Origin: an uncultured delta proteobacterium
Lineage (GTDB): Bacteria > Myxococcota_A > Polyangia > Haliangiales > Haliangiaceae
Direction: 5' to 3'
Length of the DNA: 64,000 nucleotides
NCBI GenBank assembly: GCA_963743525.1
Contig: CAVUQH010000004.1
Location: 288,001 to 352,000 of the forward strand
This document shows, piece after piece, positions 25,547 through 35,550 of the stretch (position 1 is its first letter; each line of letters begins with the position of its first letter). The notes below the pieces were generated by a model that was not told the DNA's origin, did not search any database, and saw nothing but the letters and a program-made list of their open reading frames with translations. The position numbers and the translations under genes are program-made.

Positions 25547-27028
25547 CTACCAGACTGCCTGCGCCTGCACCTTGAACACATTGGTGTCCGGCCGGGTCTC
25601 GAGCGGCACCTGCCCCGGGCGCAAGGTGATCTTGTCGCCGTAGATATAGTGCGTGTACATGAGCATCAGCTCGCCCCAGTCCTGCAGCGGAAACGACAGC
25701 TTGGGCGAGATCGCTCGGAACGAGTTCTGGGCGTCGTACAGGTCCATGATGACGCGGTCATAGCGCAGCGCGGCACGCACCCCGCGGCGCTTGGAGATGA
25801 CGTAGCCCGGCTCGGCGCCCCACTTCAGGTACAGGCGACGGTCCTTGTTGATCGACGGGTCCATGGAGTCCACCTGCTTGGAGCGGACCCAGGTGGTCAT
25901 ACCAAAGACCCGCAGGTCGAACCCGCGGCCCAGCTGCATCGGCGCGTCCAGCGCAAAGGTCAGCAGCGAGCCGGTGCCGTTCTCCGAGCTCATCAGGCCC
26001 AGGTAGTTCTCGGTCAGCCCGCGGCCGCCGGTCGAGTGGAGCAACTCCAGCGCCGGCGCCAGGAACAGCGCGCTGGTGGCCTTGGTATACGACAGCGCGC
26101 CGTAGGCCGAGCCCAAGCCGCGCGGCAGCGTCCACCGCGCGTCGACGCCGGTGACCCACAGATCGCCGTCCTGGATCGGGCTGAGCTGGCGCTTGTCGCG
26201 CGTCCACGCCTTGATCAGGTAGCCGCCCAGCAGCACGCCCGGGGTCACCCGCACGCCGCCGGCCAGGTGCGCCACCGGCGTGAGACCCTGGTTCTGCTGC
26301 AGCTGCTCCTGGTGGGCGCCGATGCCGGCCTGCAAGTAGGCGCCGTTGCCGAAGTCCCAGTGCGCCTTGATGCCGCCCTGATGGGTGCGGCCGAAGATGT
26401 ACGTGTCGTACGGCTCGACGTAACCGAAACGATCCCAGAAGACACCGGCCTCGACCGACAGCGGCGCAAAGCCGAGGAAGTGATCGGCGGCGACCGACGC
26501 CTGGGCGATGCCGAACTGCTTCTCCAGCTCGGTGGTGGCGTAGTCGCTGTACAGCGAGGCGAACATGCCGAACTGCACCCGGTAGTCGCCGTGGTGAGCC
26601 GACAGGAAGATCTCCGACCAGTCCGGCTCGTACAGCCGCGTGTAGGCGAAGCCGGACAGGTAGTAGTCGTTGTCGACCAGGAACGGCTGGCGCGGTGTGG
26701 TCTGCACCGCCACCGGCATGCGGGCGTAGCCGTGGAGCTCGAGCCAGGTGTCGTCGTCCAGTGCCACTGCCGGGCCGTGCGCGGCCTCGGGCGGGCGCTC
26801 GCCGGCGGTCTTCTCGGCGACGCCGGCCGGATCGGCGGGGAACGCCGACGCCTCGGCCACCCGCGCGGTCGGCGGCGCCTTCGCCGACGTGTCGTCGTCG
26901 GCCGTGGTCTGGTCGTCGTCCTTCTTCTCGTCCCCGTGGTCGTTTCAATCGCCGGCCACCGCGTGCGCGGGTGCCCACAGCGAGAGCCCCAGAGCGCAGG
27001 TCAGTGCCACAACGATCGACGTCTTCAT
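25547..27028 (-). CDS. Outer-membrane beta-barrel (putative carbohydrate porin) with in-frame TGA at codon 28
   Basis: RBS GAGGAG; signal peptide MKTSIV..AHAVA in frame with ORF 25547..26860; C-terminal FKVQAQAVW. Confidence 0.72.
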
Positions 27029-27038
27029 CGCCAACTCC

Positions 27039-28082
27039 TCACTTCTCGCCGGTGCCCAGCTGCGCCAGCTTGCCGGCGCACGCCGGCAGGTCGCTGGCCT
27101 TCAGGTAGCCGGTGTCGACCAGCAGCGACTTGACGTTGTCGGGGGTGACCAGAGCGACGCGCACCGCCGCCACCGGCACCTTGCCGCCGCCCAGCTCGAT
27201 GGTCTGCTGGGTGCCCTCGCCCGGCGTCTTGCCGTGGACCAGCGCGTTGGCCACGTCGGCGGCGGTGTCGGCCAGCGGCTCGATGTCCTTGAGCACCTCG
27301 ACCGACTGCTCGCCCTCGCACACGTAGTTGACGTTGGCGGCGTCGGCGTCAGCGCCGGCGATGAACACGTTCGAAAGGTGCGCCGACTGCACCGCCTGCA
27401 CCGCGCCGCGGGCCATGCCGCTGTTGTTGGCCAGGATCGCGTCGATCTTGCCGTCGGTGCGGGCGATGGCGTCCTCGACCGTGCGCAGCGCCTGCTCCGG
27501 CGACCACGCGCTGTGATTCTGCTCGGCGACCACGCGGATGTCGCCGCGGTCGAGGTACGGCCGCAGAGTCTCCTTGTATCCGCGGGTGATCTCGCTGGCC
27601 ACGCTGTGCCCGGCCTGGCCGCTGAGGATGACGTAGTTGCCCTTGCCGCCGGTGGCCTCGATCGCCGCCTTGGCCTGCAACACGCCGACCTGGTAGCTGT
27701 CGTGCGACACGTAGTAGTCGAGATCCTTGGAGTAGATGGCGCGGTCGTAGGCCACCACCTTGGCGCCGGCGCGGTGGGCGATGGCGATGTACGACGACGC
27801 CGCAGCGCTGTCGGTCGGCTGCACCACTACCACCTTGGCGCCGCGGGTCAGCGCGTCCTCGAGCTGGGCCAGCTGCTTGGCGTTGTCGTTGTCGGCGGCC
27901 AGCGCGATGACGTCGAGGCCGAGCTCCTTGGCCCGGGCCTCGAAGTACTTCTTGTCCTTCTGGTAGCGCTCCTCCTGCAGGGTCAACAGCAGGAAGGCGA
28001 CGCGGCCGTTGCCGTGCGACGGCGCCTTGCAGGCGACGAGGCCGGCCAGCGCGCAAAGGGCGGCGGCGGTGCGGATTCTCAT
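27039..28082 (-). CDS. Monosaccharide ABC transporter substrate-binding lipoprotein (XylF/ChvE-like)
   Basis: Lipobox LVAC; EERYQKD, VVAYDR, VGVLQA, GADAD. Confidence 0.92.
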   Translation of the reverse strand: MRIRTAAALCALAGLVACKAPSHGNGRVAFLLLTLQEERYQKDKKYFEARAKELGLDVIALAADNDNAKQLAQLEDALTRGAKVVVVQPTDSAAASSYIAIAHRAGAKVVAYDRAIYSKDLDYYVSHDSYQVGVLQAKAAIEATGGKGNYVILSGQAGHSVASEITRGYKETLRPYLDRGDIRVVAEQNHSAWSPEQALRTVEDAIARTDGKIDAILANNSGMARGAVQAVQSAHLSNVFIAGADADAANVNYVCEGEQSVEVLKDIEPLADTAADVANALVHGKTPGEGTQQTIELGGGKVPVAAVRVALVTPDNVKSLLVDTGYLKASDLPACAGKLAQLGTGEK

Positions 28083-29233
28083 GATCGTTTCCTCTTGGAC
28101 AGGACGTCGATCGACACCGCAGCCATCAAGATCATCCCCTTGAAGATCAGCTGCCAGTTGGAGTCGACGCCGAGAAGGTTCATGCCGTTGGACAGGGTGC
28201 CGAACACCATGGCGCCCAGAAGAGAGCCGACCACCGAGCCGCGCCCGCCCGACAGGCTGGTGCCGCCGATGACGACCGCGGTGATGACGTCCAGCTCGAG
28301 CAGGTTGCCGGCGTTGCCCGGGGTCACGCCGTTGACCCGGCCGGCCAGGATCACGCCGGCCACGCCAGTGAGCACGCCGATGAAGATGTAGACCCACATG
28401 GTCACGCGGCGGACGTTGATGCCGGACAGGCGCGCGGCCTCGGGGTTGCCGCCGATGGCGTAGACGTGGCGACCGAAGCGGGTCTTCTTGCTGAGGAAGG
28501 TGCCGACCAGCACCGCCAGCGCCGCCAGCGCCACCGGCACCGGCAGCCCGTGCGGACCGAAGACCGCGAGGAGGAATCCACCCAGCGCCACTGTGGCGGC
28601 GATGCGGCCGATGGTCGCGGCCCGCGGCATCGGCGGTAGCTCCAGCGCTCGCCGGCGCGCGGCCGCTCGTTGCATCAGCGCCAACCCGACGGCGATCCCG
28701 ATGGCGATGAGCGCGATGGTCACCGCCGGCGGGATGTTGGCGGTAACGATGGCGAAGTCTTTGTTCATCGGCGACAGGCCGCGGGCGTCGGATGCCACCA
28801 GCGCCAGGCCGCGGAAGGCGTTGAAGCCGGCCAGCGTGACGACGAACGCGGGAATCGCCAGACGCGAGATCCAGAAGCCCTGCCACGCGCCGATGACCGC
28901 GCCGGCGGCCAGCGCCGCGGCGATGGCAACCGGTGCCGGCATGCCGTGATCGATCTGCAACAGCGCTGCGACCACACCGGTCAGTGCCACGCCGGCGCCG
29001 ACCGACAGGTCGATGCCGCGAATGACGATGACCAGGGTCATGCCGACCGCGACCACCGCCACGTGCGACACCTGCACGGTCAGGTTGACCATGTTGCGCT
29101 CGGTCAGGAAGAACTCGCGGGTCGCCGGCAAGACCGCCAACACCGCCCACAGGAGCAACAGCACGCCGGCCATCGCCCACGAGCGCAGCTCGACGCCGAC
29201 CGGCAACGCGAGAGTTTTCGACTGCTGGGTCAC
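28079..29233 (-). CDS. Monosaccharide ABC transporter permease (XylH-like)
   Basis: IDLSVG, IPAFVVTLAG, YAIGGNPEAARLSGI, ELDVITAVVIGGTSLSGG. Confidence 0.94.
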   Translation of the reverse strand: MTQQSKTLALPVGVELRSWAMAGVLLLLWAVLAVLPATREFFLTERNMVNLTVQVSHVAVVAVGMTLVIVIRGIDLSVGAGVALTGVVAALLQIDHGMPAPVAIAAALAAGAVIGAWQGFWISRLAIPAFVVTLAGFNAFRGLALVASDARGLSPMNKDFAIVTANIPPAVTIALIAIGIAVGLALMQRAAARRRALELPPMPRAATIGRIAATVALGGFLLAVFGPHGLPVPVALAALAVLVGTFLSKKTRFGRHVYAIGGNPEAARLSGINVRRVTMWVYIFIGVLTGVAGVILAGRVNGVTPGNAGNLLELDVITAVVIGGTSLSGGRGSVVGSLLGAMVFGTLSNGMNLLGVDSNWQLIFKGMILMAAVSIDVLSKRKRS

Positions 29234-29237
29234 GACT

Positions 29238-30782
29238 TCACCTCCCGCCTCCGACCGCGAGCCTGAGGATCGCCTCTTCGGTCGCCTCCTCGCGGGACAG
29301 CTCGCCGGCGACGGCGCCCTCGCGGAGGACGATGACGCGGTCGGCGAGCAGACGAATCTCCGGCAGGTCCGACGACGCGATCAGCACGGCCAGGCCGGCG
29401 TCGACCAGCTCGCGCACGATGGCGTAGATCTCGGCCTTGGCGCCGATGTCGACACCGCGCGTCGGCTCGTCGAGGAGCAACAACCGCGGCTCGGTCATCA
29501 GCCACTTGCCGAGAACGACCTTCTGCTGGTTGCCGCCCGACAGCGTCCGCACCTCGGTGTCGAGGGACGCGGTCTTGACGCCCAGGCGGCGCACTTCGGC
29601 GCTGCTGGCGCGGGTCGCCGCCGCCTCGTCGATGACGCCGGCGCGGCAGTAGCGGCCCAGGGCGGCGAGGTCGAGGTTCTCGCCGACGCTCATCTCCAGC
29701 ACCAGGCCTGCGCCCTTGCGGTCTTCCGGCACCAGCGCCACACCGGCGGCGATGGCGTCGCGCGGCGACGACAGGCGAGCCGGCTTGCCACCGAGCAGCG
29801 CGCGTCCTTCGACCCGACCGCGGGCGGCGCCGAACAGGGTCGACAGCAGCGCCGTGCGTCCCGAGCCCATGGCCCCGGCCAGCGCGACCACCTCGCCGGC
29901 GCGCACTTGCAGCGACACATCGTCGAGCACGCGGCGGCCGCGGCGGTCGGTCATCGACAGCCGCTCGAGCTGCAGCACGGTGTCACCGGGACGTCGCCGC
30001 GCGCCCTCGCCCATCGCCGCCAGCTCCTCACCGATCATCAGCGTGACCAGCTGGTCGGAGTCGAGCTCGGCGGCATCGCGGCAGGCGACCCGGCGGCCGT
30101 CGCGCAAGACGGTGATGCGCGCGCACAGGGCGAAGATCTCCTCGAGCCGGTGCGAGATGTAGACGAAGGCGACGCCGCGCGCGGTCTCCGCGCGGACCAC
30201 CTCGTACAGCCGCTCGGTCTCGGCATCGGTGAGCGCGGCGGTCGGCTCGTCGAGGACGATGACCCGCGCGTCGGTGCCCAGCGCCCGGGCGATCTCGACG
30301 ATCTGCTGCTGGCCGACACCCAGCGTCTCGAGCTCGGCCTCCGGGTCGATGTCGGCGCCGGCGCGGCCGAAGCGGGCCAGCATGGCGCGGGCGTCGGCGA
30401 TCATTCGGGCGCTGTCGACCAGCCCGCCGCGGGTCGGCTCGCGGCCGAGGAGCAGGTTCTCGGCCACGGTCATCTCCGGCACCAGCGCCAGCTCCTGATG
30501 GACCACGGCCACGCCGGCGGCGCGGGCGTCGGCCACCGACGAGAAGCGCACCGGCCGACCGTCGACCGACATCGAGCCGTGCCAGTGACCGTGCACGCCG
30601 CCCATCACCTTGATCAGCGTCAACTTGCCGGCGCCGTTCTCGCCGACCAGGCCGTGAACCTCGCCCGGGCGGATGTCCAGCGATACGCCGTCGAGGGCGC
30701 GCACGCCGGGGAAGTCGACGACGATGTCGTCGAGGGCGAAGATCGGCGCGACCTCGGCCTCGCGCGCGGCGGCAACGGTCAT
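29238..30782 (-). CDS. Monosaccharide ABC transporter ATP-binding protein (XylG-like)
   Basis: GENGAGK(L)T, LDEPT, VPEDRK, LSGGNQQK, DEPTRGVD. Confidence 0.94.
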   Translation of the reverse strand: MTVAAAREAEVAPIFALDDIVVDFPGVRALDGVSLDIRPGEVHGLVGENGAGKLTLIKVMGGVHGHWHGSMSVDGRPVRFSSVADARAAGVAVVHQELALVPEMTVAENLLLGREPTRGGLVDSARMIADARAMLARFGRAGADIDPEAELETLGVGQQQIVEIARALGTDARVIVLDEPTAALTDAETERLYEVVRAETARGVAFVYISHRLEEIFALCARITVLRDGRRVACRDAAELDSDQLVTLMIGEELAAMGEGARRRPGDTVLQLERLSMTDRRGRRVLDDVSLQVRAGEVVALAGAMGSGRTALLSTLFGAARGRVEGRALLGGKPARLSSPRDAIAAGVALVPEDRKGAGLVLEMSVGENLDLAALGRYCRAGVIDEAAATRASSAEVRRLGVKTASLDTEVRTLSGGNQQKVVLGKWLMTEPRLLLLDEPTRGVDIGAKAEIYAIVRELVDAGLAVLIASSDLPEIRLLADRVIVLREGAVAGELSREEATEEAILRLAVGGGR

Positions 30783-33082
30783 CGCGCCCGCCTCCGGCGG
30801 AGCAGCAGCGCCACCGCCAGCGCCAGCAGCCCGGCGGCGAAGCCGTCGGCCGGATCGCCGCCGCCGTCGCACACGCAGGCGGTGCCGGTGCGACCGGTGG
30901 CGCCAAAGCCACCGGCGTCGCCGTACGGCGCGGCGTCAACGTAGTCGATCGGACCGGCGTCGGGATAGCTCTCGACCGTGCCGCAGTCGTCGGGCTCGAA
31001 CAGCTGCGCCCGGTGCAGCATGGTCACGATGTAGGCGCCGGCGCCGTAGCCGACCATCGGGATGCTGCCGGAGTAGGCGCCGATGGTGCCCGACTGGGTG
31101 CGGGTGTTGTACAGCTCGGGCACCAGGTCGTGGTTGACCGACGCCTGGGCGGTGACCCAGCCGAGCAGCTCGTCGGCCTGGGCCGAGTTGCCGGCGCGAC
31201 GCCACGCATCGGAGGCGCGCAGGTCGATGAGGATCCACTCGTCGGTGTCGTACTGATCGCTGGAGCCCTCGACCCGCTTGTAGCCACCAGCCGGCGTCTG
31301 CAGGTGCGAGAAGGCGGAGAGCGTGGCGTTGGCGATCGGGTCGGTCGCCGGGATCAGGTTCCAGGTGAACGCCTCGACGGTGGCGCCGTCGATGTAGTTC
31401 GAGCCCTGGGCCAGGCGCTCGAGTGAGCCGGCCAGCACGTTGCGCTGGTCGATGAAGCTGCCGCGCATGGCGGTGACCGCGTTCTCCGACAGCGACGCGA
31501 AATGGGTGCGGCTGGCGTCGTCGCCGACGCGGCGGGCCAGCGCGGCCATGTCACAGAAGCCGCGAGCGGTGGCCGCGGTGGTGTAGAGGAAGTGCTGGCG
31601 GTTGCCCCAGTGCACCTCCCAGATCGACGCATCGGCGATGGCCATGCCGTTGGGCTCGAGGTTCGACGCCAGCGCATCGGCGATCTGGTTCTTGATCACG
31701 TCGTACTTGCGCTCGCCCGCCTGCGTGGTCTCGTCGAGCCAGCCGGTGTCACCCGAGGCGTCAACGTAGGTGCGCGCCGCCCACAGGAACAGACCCCAGC
31801 CGTCGATCTCGATGTTGCGGGTGGTCTGGCCGGAGTAGTCGGCCTCCTCCTCGCCGTCGCCGAAGTAGCGCACCGTGCTGATGCGATAGGTGACGTCGTT
31901 GAGGTACGAGCCGTACTTGTCGGCCTCGGCGTCGAGGAAGAAGTCGAGGGCCCAGCGGGCCTCGTCGTAGTGACCCGAGCGCGACAGAGCGACGATGGCG
32001 TAGGCGGCGTCGCGCACCCAACCCGAGTGCCACTCGCCCGGCGGCAGGCTGGCCAGCATCATGCCGTGGGCCTTGTGTTTGGGGCTGGCGGTCCACGGCT
32101 CCAGCACCTGGCCCATGCGCAGCACCGCCTCGGCCTGGCGCCAGACCCGCGCCTCGGCCGGCGACAGCCCCGGCGCCACCGGCTTGCGCCACGAGTCCCA
32201 CTCGCCGAGCACGCGGTCGAGCAGGGTCGAGGCGTCGTCGGAGCCCAGCCACGACTCGAACGCCGTGCGCGCCGCCGCGCTCTGACCGCCGCTGTCGAAC
32301 AGCACGGCCATGCCCCACCACGCGCTGCCGCCGGCGGGAATCGAGCCCAGGCCCTTCTGCAGGATGCCGACCTTGTCGGTGCCGCTGCAGCTGGTGGTGC
32401 CCGACAGGTCCTGACCGTTCTGCACCTGGGTGAAGGCGTCGCTGGCGCAGCTCTCGTGATCGGCGCCGCCAATCGGCAGGTAGACCATGACGCCGCCGCC
32501 CGGCCCGGTCTCGGTGCCGACGTCGGCGGCCAGCTGCACCGACTCGCCGTCGGCCCCCGGGGTGTCCGGTACCGGCGCCGAGCCCATGTGGAAGTTCTCC
32601 AGCGCGAACGCCTGCGCGTCAATCGCGCTCGACCCGGTGTTCTTCACCTGGATGAGCATGACCATCGCGTTGCCGTCGTAGCCGTAGGGCGAGAAGAAGT
32701 ACGAGTGGGTCTCGACGTTGCCGATGGTCACCACCGACTCGATGACGTTGGTCTGGTCAACGTAGCCGACCGAGCCCGGCGTGCTCTTGCCCAGCCAGGT
32801 CGCCTGGCTGCCGATGCGCACGCCGAAGTAACTGTCGAACACCAGGTTGCGGCGGACGATCCCTTCGCCGTCGGGGTTGGACGAGTTGGGGCGCATGAAG
32901 CGATACGGCCGCTCGAGGAACTGCTTGATGGCGTTCGCGTTCTTGTCGAACACCTGGAAGCCAAAGCCGTTGCCGGTGACCAGATAATCGAAGCTGGCGA
33001 CCGGCTCGACCGCCTGGGACGGTGTCGCGCCGGCGCCGAGGAGGAGCGCGATCGCGATCAATCTCGAGCGGGTCGTCTGCAC
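30779..33082 (-). CDS. GH15-like glycoside hydrolase (glucoamylase/trehalase clan) with MYXO-CTERM anchor
   Basis: Signal peptide; WVRDAAY, IEIDG.G, DASIWE, LVPE; C-terminal CVC..TM..RRRR. Confidence 0.82.
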   Translation of the reverse strand: MQTTRSRLIAIALLLGAGATPSQAVEPVASFDYLVTGNGFGFQVFDKNANAIKQFLERPYRFMRPNSSNPDGEGIVRRNLVFDSYFGVRIGSQATWLGKSTPGSVGYVDQTNVIESVVTIGNVETHSYFFSPYGYDGNAMVMLIQVKNTGSSAIDAQAFALENFHMGSAPVPDTPGADGESVQLAADVGTETGPGGGVMVYLPIGGADHESCASDAFTQVQNGQDLSGTTSCSGTDKVGILQKGLGSIPAGGSAWWGMAVLFDSGGQSAAARTAFESWLGSDDASTLLDRVLGEWDSWRKPVAPGLSPAEARVWRQAEAVLRMGQVLEPWTASPKHKAHGMMLASLPPGEWHSGWVRDAAYAIVALSRSGHYDEARWALDFFLDAEADKYGSYLNDVTYRISTVRYFGDGEEEADYSGQTTRNIEIDGWGLFLWAARTYVDASGDTGWLDETTQAGERKYDVIKNQIADALASNLEPNGMAIADASIWEVHWGNRQHFLYTTAATARGFCDMAALARRVGDDASRTHFASLSENAVTAMRGSFIDQRNVLAGSLERLAQGSNYIDGATVEAFTWNLIPATDPIANATLSAFSHLQTPAGGYKRVEGSSDQYDTDEWILIDLRASDAWRRAGNSAQADELLGWVTAQASVNHDLVPELYNTRTQSGTIGAYSGSIPMVGYGAGAYIVTMLHRAQLFEPDDCGTVESYPDAGPIDYVDAAPYGDAGGFGATGRTGTACVCDGGGDPADGFAAGLLALAVALLLRRRRAR

Positions 33083-33097
33083 TGCGGGGGCCGGGTG

Positions 33098-33113
33098 AGC
33101 ACGATTTGTGCCA
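33098..33113 (-). promoter_or_regulatory. Putative sigma54 promoter of the GH15-ABC operon
   Basis: TGGCAC-AAATC-GTGCT. Confidence 0.6.
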
Positions 33114-33133
33114 GTGATTCCGCGGTGATTTCG

Positions 33134-33172
33134 CTGTCGCGCCAGTGTGACCAACTGTCGCACCTCGTTGAC
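33134..33172. promoter_or_regulatory. Tandem putative enhancer (bEBP) sites
   Basis: CTGTCGC-N7-TGAC twice with a 21-bp period. Confidence 0.5.
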
Positions 33173-33234
33173 GATCGAAACGAGGCCGGTTCGGAGCGGC
33201 CGTCCAGTCGCGCGGAATCACGCCACGGCGGAGC

Positions 33235-33250
33235 TGGCACGCGAGTTGAG
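33235..33250 (+). promoter_or_regulatory. Putative sigma54-like promoter of the alpha-amylase (variant -12)
   Basis: TGGCAC-GCGAG-TTGAG. Confidence 0.45.
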
Positions 33251-33278
33251 TAGAGACGTGAACGGAGGTCCCCCTGAC

Positions 33279-35342
33279 ATGATGTCGCGTCCCCTCGCCA
33301 CCTCGCTGATCGCCCTGCTCTTCACCGCCGCGTGCTCACCACCAGGAGGTGGTGCCGCTGACGGCGACGGCGGCGTGCTGCCCGGGCAGCCTGACGGCGG
33401 CGTGGTCGATCAGCCGGACGCGATGCCGCAGCTGCCGCCGGATGCGATGCAGCCGACGACCTGCGACCAGCAGTTCCGCCTCGACGGCTATGACGGAGCC
33501 AGCGAGGTGCTGCTGACCGGGACCCTGGTCACGCCCAACTGGGCGGCCACCGCGGCCGACGGCGCCATCGCGATGACCAAAGACGGCGCGTCGTGGGTCG
33601 CCACCGTTACCCTCGACCCGGGCAGCTACCAGTACAAGTTCGTCATCGACGGCTCGACCTGGATCGCCGACCCGACCAACGGCAACACCGTCAACGACGG
33701 CTTCGGCGGCGTCAACAGCGTCTACAACTGCGGCGCGCAGCCGTCGTCGTGCGGCGACCCGACCGACTTCGACTGGCGCGACACGGTGATGTACTTCGCC
33801 ATGATCGATCGCTTCTACGACTCGGACGGCAGCTCCGATCCGGTCAGCGGCGCCAGCGGCGCCGACCAGTGGGGCAACAGCGGCCAGTACGAGGGCGGCG
33901 ACCTGGCCGGCGTGGATGCCAAGATGTCGTACCTGGCCGACCTCGGCGTCACCGCGCTGTGGCTGTCGGCGCCGTACGACAACAAGGACACCCCGGGGGC
34001 CGCGATCGACGGAAGCGACTCGCACACCTACTCCGGCTATCACGGCTACTGGCCCAAGCCGGCCAACATCGACTACAGCAATCCCAACAGCCCCAGCCCG
34101 ACGCCGCTGGTCGAGTCGCGCTTCGGCACCGCCAACGACCTCAAGACGCTGATCGCCGACGCCCACGCCGCGACCAGCGCCGACGGCCACGGCGTCAAGG
34201 TGCTGTTCGACTACGTGATGAACCACGTCAACATCGACAGCGGCCTGTACCAGGCGCACTGGGACTGGTTCGCCCGCGACTCGAACAACCAGTTCCGCCT
34301 GTGCGGCCCCGACAACCTGTGGGACGACCCGGTGTGGGGCACCAAGTGCGCCTTCACCGACTACCTGCCGCCGTTCAACTTCGACAACACCGACGCCCGC
34401 GCCTGGTCGATCAACGACGCCATGTGGTGGGCCAAGGAGTACGGCATCGACGGCTACCGCCTGGATGCCATCAAGCACGTGCCGCTGACCTGGCTGACCG
34501 ACCTGCGCAGTCGCCTCAACAGCGACATCACCAGCCCGGCCGGCGGGCGCTTCTACCTGGTCGGCGAGACCTTCGACTACTTCAACCGCGACCTGCTGAA
34601 GAAGTTCATCGACCCCAAGACCATGCTCGACGGCCAGTTCGACTTCCCGTTCAAGCGCGAGCTGTGCGAGGGCGTGTTCGATCCGGGCGGCAGCCTGGCC
34701 AACTTCGCCAACTTCATGGACGGCAACGACGGCTACTACGACGGCAGCGACGGTCACGCCATCATGACCACCTGGATCGGCAACCACGACATCCCGCGGG
34801 CCATCCACTTCGCCGAGTGGAAGTTCGGCAACTGCACCCAGGGCAGCGACACCGGCAACGGCTGGGTCAACTGGGGACAGCCGTCGGCGTCCGAGCCGTA
34901 CGATCGCCTCGCCCTCGCCTACGCGCTGATGATGACCAACCCGGGCATCCCGCTCATCTACTACGGTGACGAGATCGGCCTGGCCGGCGGCGGCGACCCG
35001 TCCAACCGGCGCATGATGATCTGGGACGACAGCAAGCTGAGCGCCAACCAGAAAGCGCTGCGCGCCAAGGTCAAGCAGCTGGCCAACCTGCGCGGTCGCC
35101 TCAAGTCGCTGGGCCGCGGCCACCGCACCACCCTGGCCAAGACTCAGGACACCTGGGTCTATCGCATGGGCGGCTGCGGCGCCGGCTTCGACGACGTGGT
35201 GGTGGCGGTCAACCGCGCCACCACCGCCCGCGACGTCTCCGTCCCCGCCGGCAGCTGGCACGACGAGATCACCAACACCGACGTCGCCGCCGGCACCTAC
35301 TCCCTGCCCGGCCTCAGCTACCTGGTGCTCACCCCCAAATAG
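33279..35342 (+). CDS. GH13 alpha-amylase family lipoprotein with N-terminal CBM48-like domain
   Basis: Lipobox TAAC; YQYKFVIDG.TW.ADP; YHGYW, DYVMNH, GYRLDAIKH, LVGE, IGNHD, YYGDE. Confidence 0.93.
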   Translation: MMSRPLATSLIALLFTAACSPPGGGAADGDGGVLPGQPDGGVVDQPDAMPQLPPDAMQPTTCDQQFRLDGYDGASEVLLTGTLVTPNWAATAADGAIAMTKDGASWVATVTLDPGSYQYKFVIDGSTWIADPTNGNTVNDGFGGVNSVYNCGAQPSSCGDPTDFDWRDTVMYFAMIDRFYDSDGSSDPVSGASGADQWGNSGQYEGGDLAGVDAKMSYLADLGVTALWLSAPYDNKDTPGAAIDGSDSHTYSGYHGYWPKPANIDYSNPNSPSPTPLVESRFGTANDLKTLIADAHAATSADGHGVKVLFDYVMNHVNIDSGLYQAHWDWFARDSNNQFRLCGPDNLWDDPVWGTKCAFTDYLPPFNFDNTDARAWSINDAMWWAKEYGIDGYRLDAIKHVPLTWLTDLRSRLNSDITSPAGGRFYLVGETFDYFNRDLLKKFIDPKTMLDGQFDFPFKRELCEGVFDPGGSLANFANFMDGNDGYYDGSDGHAIMTTWIGNHDIPRAIHFAEWKFGNCTQGSDTGNGWVNWGQPSASEPYDRLALAYALMMTNPGIPLIYYGDEIGLAGGGDPSNRRMMIWDDSKLSANQKALRAKVKQLANLRGRLKSLGRGHRTTLAKTQDTWVYRMGGCGAGFDDVVVAVNRATTARDVSVPAGSWHDEITNTDVAAGTYSLPGLSYLVLTPK

Positions 35343-35550
35343 GGGCGTTTTCGAGCGTACGAACGGCTAAGTGTGCGTAAAGATTTCCCCATGCGCACAA
35401 GCTGCGCGTGATGCGACGCGCGCCCTTTGTCGTCGGGGAGATGGCCAACGCAGAGTTTGCGCCGCGGCGGAGAATCTCCCACTTTCCTCGCCATGTGCGA
35501 CCATCCCCCCGATGCAGACCCCGCCAGCGCTGCGGTACCTGTTGCGGTCG

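Noticed and set aside
26945..26947. Selenocysteine or genetic-code reassignment of TGA
   Set aside because: Non-catalytic disordered position, and TGA is an ordinary stop for many genes in the window.
30619..30624. Inactive ABC ATPase (GKLT Walker A)
   Set aside because: Most simply a GTCGAC to GTTGAC error matching the other lesions.
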